Position numbers and translations under genes: made by a program
Source of the DNA: Eledone cirrhosa
Lineage: Eukaryota
Length of the DNA stretch: 64,000 bases
Assembly: GCA_964016885.1 (NCBI GenBank)
Contig: OZ024747.1
Span: 24,428,001 to 24,492,000, forward strand
Direction of reading: 5' to 3'
Notes under the pieces: model-generated
The model's input: only the letters and a program-made list of their open reading frames with translations
The model's database searches: none
Told to the model about the DNA's origin: nothing
Shown: piece after piece, positions 22,941-33,904 of the stretch
Layout of the letters: each line of letters starts with the position of its first letter
Numbering within the stretch: the stretch's first letter is position 1

Positions 22941-22992
22941 GTATGGTGAACTAACTGTTGTGTAACCACAACTTATATATATATATATATAT

Positions 22993-23530
22993 ATATTGTT
23001 ATACTTTGGGAGGGTCATGGTGCCAATAAGAAACACACGCACCAGTTGTTTCACTTCAATTTATTATAATAAATTTATAAATTTAGGAATTTATAAATTT
23101 CCGGTTGGTTGGTTGGTTCCACAACCAGACGATTGATTATATATTGTCAAAGTTCTTTCGTCACACATTCTGTGACCTCTACAGTGACTGGGGATACTTT
23201 TCTTTGTTTTTGTGCCTCTCCTTTGTTCTGTCCTACGCCAACAAGATGGCGTAGGACAGAACAAAGGAGAGGCACAAAAACAAAGAAAAGAATCCCCAGT
23301 CACTGAAGAGGTCACAGAATGTGTGACGAAAGAACTTTGACAATATATAAACAATCGTCTGGTTGTGGAACCAACCAACCAACCGGAAATTTATAAATTT
23401 ATTATAATAAATTGAACTGAAAGCAGCTGGTGCGTGTGTTTCTTATTGGCAACATGACCCTCCCAAAGTATAACAATATCGGTTTCAACACACGTTTCAG
23501 ATAAAGAATCTTGCTAAACAAATTCAGAAA
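22993..23530 (+). mobile_element. Fold-back PLE-type pLTR (family E), ~245-bp arms
   Basis: 22993-23239 inverted with 23246-23479; hammerhead in each arm; homologous ends to 41401-41975 and 49991-50170. Confidence 0.78.
23299..23341 (+). ncRNA. Minimal hammerhead with extra base after A9 (family E)
   Basis: GTCA CTGAAGA G GTCACA GAATG TGTGAC GAAA GAAC TT TGAC. Confidence 0.68.
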
Positions 23531-23573
23531 CGAAATATATATATGAAAAACCACAGTCCCTCCATCTCAACTC

Positions 23574-23614
23574 TACTTTTGAAAAGCAGAAGAACTGCGA
23601 AATCGGTAAAGGTA
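23574..23614 (+). ncRNA. Minimal hammerhead with U3-A8 core (family F)
   Basis: TACTT TTGAAAA GCAG AAGAA CTGC GAAA TCGG TA AAGGTA. Confidence 0.68.
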
Positions 23615-23681
23615 CCAAATAAATATATATATATTTTTTTTAAATAAAACTCCAGTTGCATTTTCGATTTCATCTTTTTTT

Positions 23682-23747
<66 letters not shown>

Positions 23748-23777
23748 AGTTCAAAAGATGGTTAAAAGAGTTCCAAG

Positions 23778-23848
23778 TATTTTATTATGCGCATTTCAAA
23801 AACAAATATCATCATAGGATGATATCTGCGTTCTCATCAGATAAAATA
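23778..23848 (-). ncRNA. Hammerhead ribozyme (family B)
   Basis: RC: TATTTTAT CTGATGA GAACGCAGATATCATC CTAT GATGATATTTGTTTTT GAAA TGCGCA TA ATAAAATA. Confidence 0.88.
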
Positions 23849-24039
23849 GAGAGACATGATATGAAGCTTAAAAACACTTGTGAATAGTGAAGTTTTAAAT
23901 CAACATATGAAAAATAAATTAAGATTGATGTATGAGATTGGGAAAAAAGTGAGGTGGGGAGTTAAGGAAGAGGAAGAGATGAGAGTAAAGAATGGTGGGG
24001 GAGGAGTATAAGAAGGAAGGATGAGAGAGGAGAGGGATA

Positions 24040-26033
24040 ACTATAATATCCTTATCCTTAAGGAACTAAGGAAGAATTATCGCAAAACTAACCATGACAA
24101 TTTGGAATCTATAAACTTTGAAGCTTCTGAGATTATGTCTAAACTTGGCATTGAAAAAAAGACCGAACCATTCCTTCCAAGAACTCCGAGGATAAATCTC
24201 AAGGATCATAAAAGTAATTTTCGAACTGAACTGCCTGTTAGACTAATCGCCCCCTCTAAATCAGATCTGGGGGTTGTTAGTAAAGCCATCTTAGATAGAA
24301 TTATCCCACAGGTTGGTTCTAATTGCTCTATTTCTAACTTAAATTTATGGTTTGGTACATCTGAAGTAATTGGCTGGTTCAACAACCTGAATAAGAAAAA
24401 CAAACAAAAATTTATTCAATTTGATATTGCCAGCTACTATTCTTCTATTTCGCCTTCACTTCTCAATAATGCTCTATCTTTTGCATTTAAATATTCAGAC
24501 ATCACCACAGATGAACTTTACATCATTCTCACCGCAAGAAAAACTATCTTAGAATTCAACAATGAATACTGGACTAGAGCCGATACTTCCAACAACTTTG
24601 ATATTACAATGGGTGCTTCCGATTCATCGCAATTGACTGATTTGATTGGTATTTTTATTTTGAATTCTTTAAATCGGAAAATTCCTCAACTTCGCGGTGG
24701 AATTTATCGTGACGATGGACTTTTTACTATCTTAAACTGCAACTTAGTTCAACTTAATATTATTAAGAACAATATACGTGATCTCTTTAAGCAACATAAC
24801 CTTAACATTTAATTTGATAACAACGTCAAACTAGCTAACTTCTTAGATATATCCCTTAATCTTGACACTATATTACCCTTACCATAAAAACAATGAGAAT
24901 CTAAAGTATGTTAATTTTAAATTTAACCACCCCACTAACATTAAAAATGCTATAGTTAGTAATATTGGAAAAAGAATCTCAAACCTATCCTCTAATAAAG
25001 ATATCTTCGATGCTAACGCCAATTACTATAATAATGCGCTTTCTAAAGCCGGTTATCCTGATAAAATTAAATACAGTAAAGAAACCAATCCTAGAATGTC
25101 TTACAGTAAAATAATTAATTATGAACATTCCAATAACTTAAATAAAAGACCTAGATACAAAAATATAATCTGGTATAATGCTCCTTTCTCTATTTCTATT
25201 AATAATAATATTCCTAAACTATTCTTTAGGGCCTTAGATAAATGCTTCACTCCCTCACATATCTATAGAAAAATCTGTAACAAACATACAATAATATTTT
25301 CTTATTCCACCTCTTCCAACATCTCTAACATTATCTCTAAACACAACAACAAAATATTAAATAATAAATCACATCCTTCCAACACTGAGCATCATAATAA
25401 TAGCAGTAGTACTTCCGACATCATTGTTAACTCTAGGCTAGATTCTGTAAACTTAAATACGACGTCAAACGTAACTTCGTTGAATGTTCATAATACCAAT
25501 CTAAATCAGGAAACTATTATTCCTATCATAAATAACTTCTAAAATCCAATTCCTCCTATAAATAACACTAGGTCACTTGTTAATAACTCTGTTAATTTCT
25601 CTAATCGTAACTGTAATTGCCCTGTAAGAACTAAATGTCCTCTTAATAACCATGTCTTGATAAAAACTTAGTCTATGAATGTAAGGTTGTAACTGATACC
25701 AATTTCTTTACCTATTTCGGTTCCACCTCCACCAAAGCTAGATTTTATAATCACAATTCGTCTTTTAGTTACCAACTTAAAAGAACTAACACGGCACTCT
25801 CAAAACTCATATGGTCCTTGAAAGACAAAAATATTAACTATAACATCTCTTGGAGGAAGGTTTGTTCTGCCTTTCCCTACTTGAATTCTTCCCTATCCAG
25901 AACATGCAATCTCTGCCTAGCCGAGAAATTTACCATTATATCTAACTTCAATTCTATAATAAATAGACGCACGGATTTATTTTCTCTCTGCTTGCATAAA
26001 TTCCACAGAACATTCCATAAAGTATACAGCTAA
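24040..26033 (+). pseudogene. PLE RT + GIY-YIG, disrupted
   Basis: ORFs 24021-24812 (GIYRDDGL), 24862-25542 and 25818-26033 (CNLCLAEK). Confidence 0.9.
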
Positions 26034-27164
26034 TATCTAATACATTACTAGTTTAAAATCCTTTTTCTCAAAGGCTTATATATCTTTTACAAATATACCC
26101 ATCTTTCTACCTTATTTCAATATTATTTATTATATATTATATAATACAATTTACTCATTCTATATCATTCCTCTTTATCATTTTCCTTTCTCCCTTTTTT
26201 GTTTTTAATTTCTAACCTCTAATCTGTACCTTTTCTTCCTAACTACTTCTCAATTCTTATTATTACTCACCACAACATTATCCATTCTTCCATCTTTCCT
26301 CATATCATTGGCCATAAAAATTATTTTTTTAATACATTAGAAGTCCTTCGTAAACATATAATTTTTTAACGTTAGATTTTTTTCTTCCTTAAATCTTTCT
26401 TATCTCCTCCATCCTTTCATGCTCGTTTGACTTTTACATATTACAATACATAAAAACAAACTTAAACCCTAACTAATTTCTTTTAATATATTATATTATT
26501 ACCATTAGAAAATATTTCGTAAACATATATACTTTTTGATGTTAGATATTTTCTTCCTTAAACATTATTTTCTTCTTTCCTTCCGCGTTCATTTTTAAAC
26601 AAACTATTTACGTACACATATTACATTACATAAAAACAAACTTAAACCCTAACTAATTCCTCTAAATTCATAACTCATTCATTCTTCTCCTTCTTTTCAC
26701 ATTATATCCTTAATAACATTAACATTTTTATTTTAATAATACATATTAATAAATTCTTTTCCTCGCACATATTATTAAACCCTTCAATATACAAACCTTA
26801 ATTTAATACTATTCTTAATTCCTTTTTCTTCATGCATAAACCTCATTAACTTTTAATTTCAAAATCTTTTAAATTATCTATTATCTTCCAACGGCTCTTT
26901 AATTTCTCTGTGAGACAATATATATTTTTTCTCAGTTGTAAAGGCTATCTCTCTCTCTCTATCACCCATCTCTCCTCCTCTCTCATCCTTCCTTCTTATA
27001 CTCCTCCACCATTCTTTACTCTCATCTCTTCCTCTTCCTTACCTTTTCCACCCCCCCCCCTCACATTTTTCCCAATCTCATACATCAATCTTAATTTATT
27101 TTTCATATGTTAATTTAAAACTTCACTATTCACAAGTGTTTTTAAGCTTCATATCATGTCTCCC

Positions 27165-27235
27165 TATTTTATCTGATGAGAACGCAGATATCATCCCATG
27201 ATGATATTTGTTTTTGAAATGCGCATAATAAAATG
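27165..27235 (+). ncRNA. Hammerhead ribozyme (family B) in 3' pLTR
   Basis: TATTTTAT CTGATGA GAACGCAGATATCATC CCAT GATGATATTTGTTTTT GAAA TGCGCA TA ATAAAATG. Confidence 0.88.
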
Positions 27236-27360
27236 CTTGGAACTCTTTTAACCATCTTTTGATCTTATTTTATTTATACTCCAGTCCTACAAACTGTAGA
27301 GTGCTACTTATCCAATATTTGCATTGCTTTATTGTGCTACAATAAAACTCACCTCCTACA

Positions 27361-27601
27361 ATATATATATATATATATATAGGTATATATATATATAGGT
27401 ATGTATATATATATATATATATATATACATACCTATATATATATATACCTATATATATACATACATACCTATATATATATTTACATACCTATATATATAT
27501 ATATACGTATATATATATATATATATATACATACATACCTATATATGTATATACCTATATATATAAATATATACACACACATACCTATATATGTATATAC
27601 C

Positions 27602-27635
<34 letters not shown>

Positions 27636-27733
27636 TACCTATATATGTATATACCTATATATATATATACATACATACCTATATATGTATATACCTATAT
27701 ATATATATACATACATACCTATATATGTATATA

Positions 27734-27782
<49 letters not shown>

Positions 27783-27795
27783 ATATATGTATATA

Positions 27796-27845
<50 letters not shown>

Positions 27846-27880
27846 CCTATATATGTATATACCTATATATATATATATAT
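27361..27880. repeat. (TA)n-derived compound microsatellite
   Basis: ACATACCTATATATGTATATACC units within TA runs. Confidence 0.95.
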
Positions 27881-28525
27881 ATCATCATCATCATCATCAT
27901 CAACGTTTAACGTCCGTGTTCCACGCTTGCATGGGTTTGGACGGGGGTAGTCCCACTTGAGGCAAGAGTGATTGTCTTGCTCGCATAGGACTGTCTGGCA
28001 GGTTTTCTACAGTTGGATGCCCTTCCTAACACCAACCACATTTACAGTGTGGGTCTGGGAGGTTTTTACCGTGTTGCCTACACGGCCACATTACAGCGTG
28101 GACTGTGTGTTTTTTTGTCGTGACACCTACACGATCTCATTTGTTTCGGCCTGGATGGCGCGGCACCAACATAACTTTACATAGAACGGGGTGGTGTGGA
28201 TGGGGTGGGGGTGGTGGCGGGACGGGGTGTATTTTGTTAGAGATGCCTACTGGCAAGGCGGGTCTTCTCTGTTACTGAGTACCGCCAAAGGTCTCGGTCC
28301 AGTGACATTGTCTTGGAGAGGTGTAAGTGTGTGAGGTCGGAGTTTATCAGCTCATCCCATGTTTTTCTAGGTCTGCCTATTCCGTGGCTACCGTCTATCT
28401 TTATTGCCCTGCACTTTGTAATACAGCTATCGACTTTCATGCGCATCACGTGTCCATACCAACGCAGCCTTCTCTCGAGTAAACAACATCTGATCCCTCT
28501 TATCTCTAATTTTTTCCTTAGTTCG
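27881..28525 (-). mobile_element. 5'-truncated RTE (family B)
   Basis: Near-identical to 2607-3250 and 16734-17400, with a small deletion at the stop codon. Confidence 0.9.
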
Positions 28526-28672
28526 CTTAGTATATACCTAACTTTTAAATTCCATCTGTGATAACATTTTACACGTTTTTATTGTATGTAAACTTCCCCC
28601 TTTGTATTTGTCCCCTTCTTTTGTGCCCCTGTGGCTAATAAAGAAATATATATATGTATATACCTATATATA

Positions 28673-29570
28673 CAGGGTGTTCGGGATAAATTTGACAGAA
28701 TAATATTTGGTTGTTTTTTCAGATGTTTTAAATTCATTCATGCCCACTAGGCTTTATTTGAAAGTTTAAACCCTCCATCATTCATATATGTGATGACAAC
28801 GAGAATGGATGACTGGGAGCCACCTGAATCATGGAAGAGAATAACTTGTATCATGATGATTCGCGCCGGCCATCAAAATAAGGAGATTATGGTCGCTGCT
28901 CAATGCTCCCTGAACACTGTAAAAACAATCCGGCATGAACTGGAGAATTGCAATGGAGACTACGAGGCTGTGGCTAGAAGAAAGAAACATAACAGAAGAT
29001 CTGATTGCTCTCGCACAGCAGAATTCCTCGAAAATCTGCAGAAAAAAGTGTTGGAGGATCCTGGCATCGGAATTCGGTCTTTGTCGCATGAATTGAAGCC
29101 CTGGATAACAAGGGTAGCCAATAATAGGCCGTATGTATGGCAGCTGGATTTGGCCCCCTGCCACACCTCGGGGAAAAGTCAAAAATGGTTGTCAGCCAAG
29201 TTTTACGACTACACCAGTCCCAATGTTTGGCCTCCGAACTCCCCAGATCTTAACCCGATGGACTATTATGTATGGGGCGCTGTAGAGAAAGACACCAATC
29301 CCCGTGCCAGTACTACAAAAGCCCAGTTAATCGACAGAATTAAAGTAGTTTTTGAGGGCCTTCCCAGGCAAAGTGTAAAATCAGCTTGCTCTAGGTTCCG
29401 GGCCCGGATTGAGGCTGTAATAGACGCTAATGGAGGTTATTTTGAGTAAAACTCTTTGACAATAGTGTAATTTCCTTCTCCATTGAATTTCTTTTAAACC
29501 AAATAAATTTTGTAGATACCAAGCACTTTTTCTTTTTCCTGATGAAACTGTCAAATTTATCCCGAACACC

Positions 29571-29573
<3 letters not shown>
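28673..29573 (+). mobile_element. Tc1/mariner DD37D (maT-type) element with internal deletion
   Basis: Perfect 26-bp TIRs CAGGGTGTTCGGGATAAATTTGACAG, TA flanks. Confidence 0.93.
28790..29449 (+). CDS. Internally deleted transposase (219 aa, open)
   Basis: N-terminal HTH region fused to WQLDLAPCH...WPPNSPDLNPMDYYVW; 37 residues between 2nd and 3rd D; first catalytic D absent. Confidence 0.82.
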   Translation: MMTTRMDDWEPPESWKRITCIMMIRAGHQNKEIMVAAQCSLNTVKTIRHELENCNGDYEAVARRKKHNRRSDCSRTAEFLENLQKKVLEDPGIGIRSLSHELKPWITRVANNRPYVWQLDLAPCHTSGKSQKWLSAKFYDYTSPNVWPPNSPDLNPMDYYVWGAVEKDTNPRASTTKAQLIDRIKVVFEGLPRQSVKSACSRFRARIEAVIDANGGYFE

Positions 29574-29600
<27 letters not shown>

Positions 29601-29611
<11 letters not shown>

Positions 29612-30019
29612 AATATAGACATAGAATATTCGAAAATATTCTGTATGTTTATAATAAACATTTTGAAGACCTAATCGCTATAGAATAGAATACGTCACGT
29701 ATTACAATTAGATTCTCGATAAAAGCAAGGGAAGTAATCTACGCGTTTCATTCTTGTTAGAAATCTTCAGGACTACATATCCAGTGCTTTTATCGAGAAT
29801 GACACAGCTAGAGACTTATAGAATACTTAGCTGTGTACAGGAACTGGTTTGAAAGAGCGGTTGCCGGTCCGGCAGAAATTAGAAATTGGAATAAATGCTC
29901 TGAAATAGCGATATATATGTGAATATAGACATAGAATATTCGAAAATATTCTGTATGTTTATAATAAACATTTTGAAGACCTAATCGCTATAGAATAGAA
30001 TACGTCACCAATACGTTAT

Positions 30020-30025
<6 letters not shown>
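29601..30025 (-). mobile_element. Non-coding partial-tandem element (310-bp period) carrying a hammerhead; retrozyme-like
   Basis: 98-bp direct repeat 29601-29698 / 29911-30008; TA flanks; no ORF. Confidence 0.75.
29734..29776 (-). ncRNA. Minimal type I hammerhead ribozyme
   Basis: RC: GTAGTC CTGAAGA T TTCT AACA AGAA T GAAA CGCG TA GATTAC; outer 16-bp helix ATTCTCGATAAAAGCA/TGCTTTTATCGAGAAT (29712-29800). Confidence 0.88.
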
Positions 30026-30777
<752 letters not shown>

Positions 30778-30974
30778 ATTGAAACAAAATGTAAACGAAA
30801 TTTCATTTCTCACTCTTAGTATGGCACTTACTTAAATGTAAGTATGCATGTATACGTACATACATATATGTATACAGACGTACAGTAGCATGCACATATA
30901 TATATATATATACATATATATATACATATGCATACAGGTACACATACATATATCAACTATCTGGCAGATGGGTA

Positions 30975-31019
30975 AACGGTGCTGATGATAGCTAACAAGC
31001 TTGAAACTAGTACATCGTT
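30975..31019 (+). ncRNA. Minimal type I hammerhead ribozyme inside an inverted repeat
   Basis: AACGGTG CTGATGA T AGCT AACA AGCT T GAAA CTAG TA CATCGTT; flanked by inverted arms 30834-30952 / 31142-31262. Confidence 0.9.
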
Positions 31020-31260
31020 CCTGTGTCAGTGTTGAACAAAAAGGTGACGTGGTTGCCTTAACACCGTATGGCATAAATTCAGCTGTTCAGTTTGTTTACA
31101 AACGAACAAAGCGACGTTAGCGCCGCTAAACTGATACGTGCATATATGTATGTGTACCTGTATGCATATGTATATATATATGTATATATATATATATATG
31201 TGCATGCTACTGTACGTCTGTATACATATATGTATGTACGTATACATGCATACTTACATT

Positions 31261-31992
<732 letters not shown>

Positions 31993-32217
31993 TTAGAAAG
32001 TGAGGTTTTTTTTACAAAATGAAAAATAACCGAGGTGTCCTACACGAGTGAAAGTATAAAGAATAAGAGATGAAATCGAAAATGCAACTGGAGTCTTATT
32101 TTTTAAAATTACTTCTCGAAAAACCTGGCATTTCGAGCCACTTTTTCCATATAAAACAAGTAACATTCAGAGACCAACCAGATGTGAGAAAAACCACAGA
32201 CCCTCCATCTCAACTCA

Positions 32218-32255
32218 CCTTTTGAAAAGCAGAAGAACTACGAAACCGGTAAAGG
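32218..32255 (+). ncRNA. Minimal hammerhead with U3-A8 core (family F)
   Basis: CCTT TTGAAAA GCAG AAGAA CTAC GAAA CCGG TA AAGG; within element 31992-32332 with inverted arms 32054-32104 / 32280-32332. Confidence 0.68.
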
Positions 32256-32406
32256 AACCAAATAAATATATATATTTTTAAAAAAAATAAGACTCCAGTT
32301 GCATTTTCGATTTCATCTCTTATTCTTTATACATATATATGTTATGTAATACTGTTAGCTTCTCGCTAAAACAATTTCTATACCTTTCATTTATATATAT
32401 ATATAT

Positions 32407-32970
32407 GGTGGCTGCCAACTCGTTTTCGAGTACGGCCACTACTTTATATCCATGTAGGAGAACCCCTTACCGATGCGCTGAACGAGTGTGACTTTTTAGT
32501 CCAGCCAGCGACTTGAAAACTCTGGTACAAACACTACACTTGTGACAATTATTGACACATAGTGCTGGGCCCATGGTACCATGTGACAACAAGTGCAGAG
32601 AGATCTCCAGATATAAAGCAATGCCTGTGCCGTGAAGCTTTTATAGTGAGCAAAGGCACTGCACAAAGCCAGTCCCACTCTCTTAACCAAGATGATATTT
32701 ACCAAAAAGAAGAACAAGTCAACATCATCGGATACCATCAGGGTTGCAGGTGTTATATCAGAGTTTTCCTTCTCCTAGAATTCTGCCTTGACAAAGGCTA
32801 AACGGTCATCTCTCCCGGCGATTTTGGATGGCCATTGACTCTTAAAAGCTCCTTTGCCCTTTGACAGGTTTTGTTTTTAGTCCTGTAGGTTGTCCAAAGT
32901 CACCCTCCTCACCAAGAAACCTTGGTGGGGTTGCCAGTTTAGTCGCCAATGACCCAACCATGAGACAGGT

Positions 32971-33008
<38 letters not shown>

Positions 33009-33029
33009 CATACCTATATATGTATATAC

Positions 33030-33062
<33 letters not shown>

Positions 33063-33122
33063 CATACCTATATGTGTATATACCTATATATATATATACA
33101 TACATACCTATATATGTATATA

Positions 33123-33160
<38 letters not shown>

Positions 33161-33164
33161 TGTA

Positions 33165-33205
<41 letters not shown>

Positions 33206-33853
33206 GTGTATATATATATATGTATGTGTGTGTGTATATATATATGTATGCTCACCAGTTGGTGCTACTGGTAACATGTATCCCAGTACAACCTGTCTCA
33301 TGGTCGTGTCATTGGCGACTAAACTGGCAACCCCACTAAGGTTTCTTAGTGAGGAGGGTTAGTTTGGACATTCTGCAGGACTAAAAACAAAACCTGTCAA
33401 AGGGCAAAGGAGCTCTTAAGAGTTAATGGCCATCCAAAATCAATGGGCGAGATGACCCCTTAGCCTTCGTCAAGGCAGAATTCTAGGAGAAGGAAAACTC
33501 TGATATAACACCTGCAACCCTGATGGTATCCAATGATGTTGACTTGTTCTTCTTTTTGGTAAATATCATCTTGGTTAAGAGAGTGGGACTGGCTTTGTGC
33601 AGTGCCTTTGCTCACTATAAAAGCTTCACGGCACAGGCATTGCTTTATATCTGGAGATCTCTCTGCACTTGTCATCACATGGTATCATGGGCCCAGCACT
33701 ATGTGTCAGTAATTGTCACAAGTGTAGTGTTTGTACCAGAGTTTTCAAGTCACTGGCTGAACTAAAAAGTCACACTCGTTCACCGCATCGGTAGGGGTTC
33801 TCCTACATGGATATAAAGTAGTGGCCGTACTCGAAAACGAGTTGGCAGCCACC
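32407..33853. repeat. Long inverted repeat (~565-bp arms) with microsatellite spacer
   Basis: 32407-32974 is the reverse complement of 33287-33853 with scattered substitutions. Confidence 0.92.
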
Positions 33854-33904
33854 ATATATATATATAGGTATGTATATAAGTATGGTTTTTTTTTTTGGTC
33901 TTTT

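Larger units (their letters stand above)
22278..22963 (+). mobile_element. 5'-truncated PLE (second family): inverted pLTR - GIY-YIG tail - pLTR
   Basis: Inverted arms 22278-22468 / 22769-22963 flank ORF 22481-22729 (LASHVWSLKD..YSIQWK...PY...CGLCIDER...RNEFFTRCPH), homologous to the C-terminus at 13862-14100. Confidence 0.85.
23747..27360 (+). mobile_element. 5'-truncated PLE (same family as 12760-16733) with inverted 5' pLTR
   Basis: Inverted pLTR 23747-24040; broken ORF 24040-26033 closely similar to 13862-15860; 3' UTR and pLTR to 27360, then (TA)n. Confidence 0.92.
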
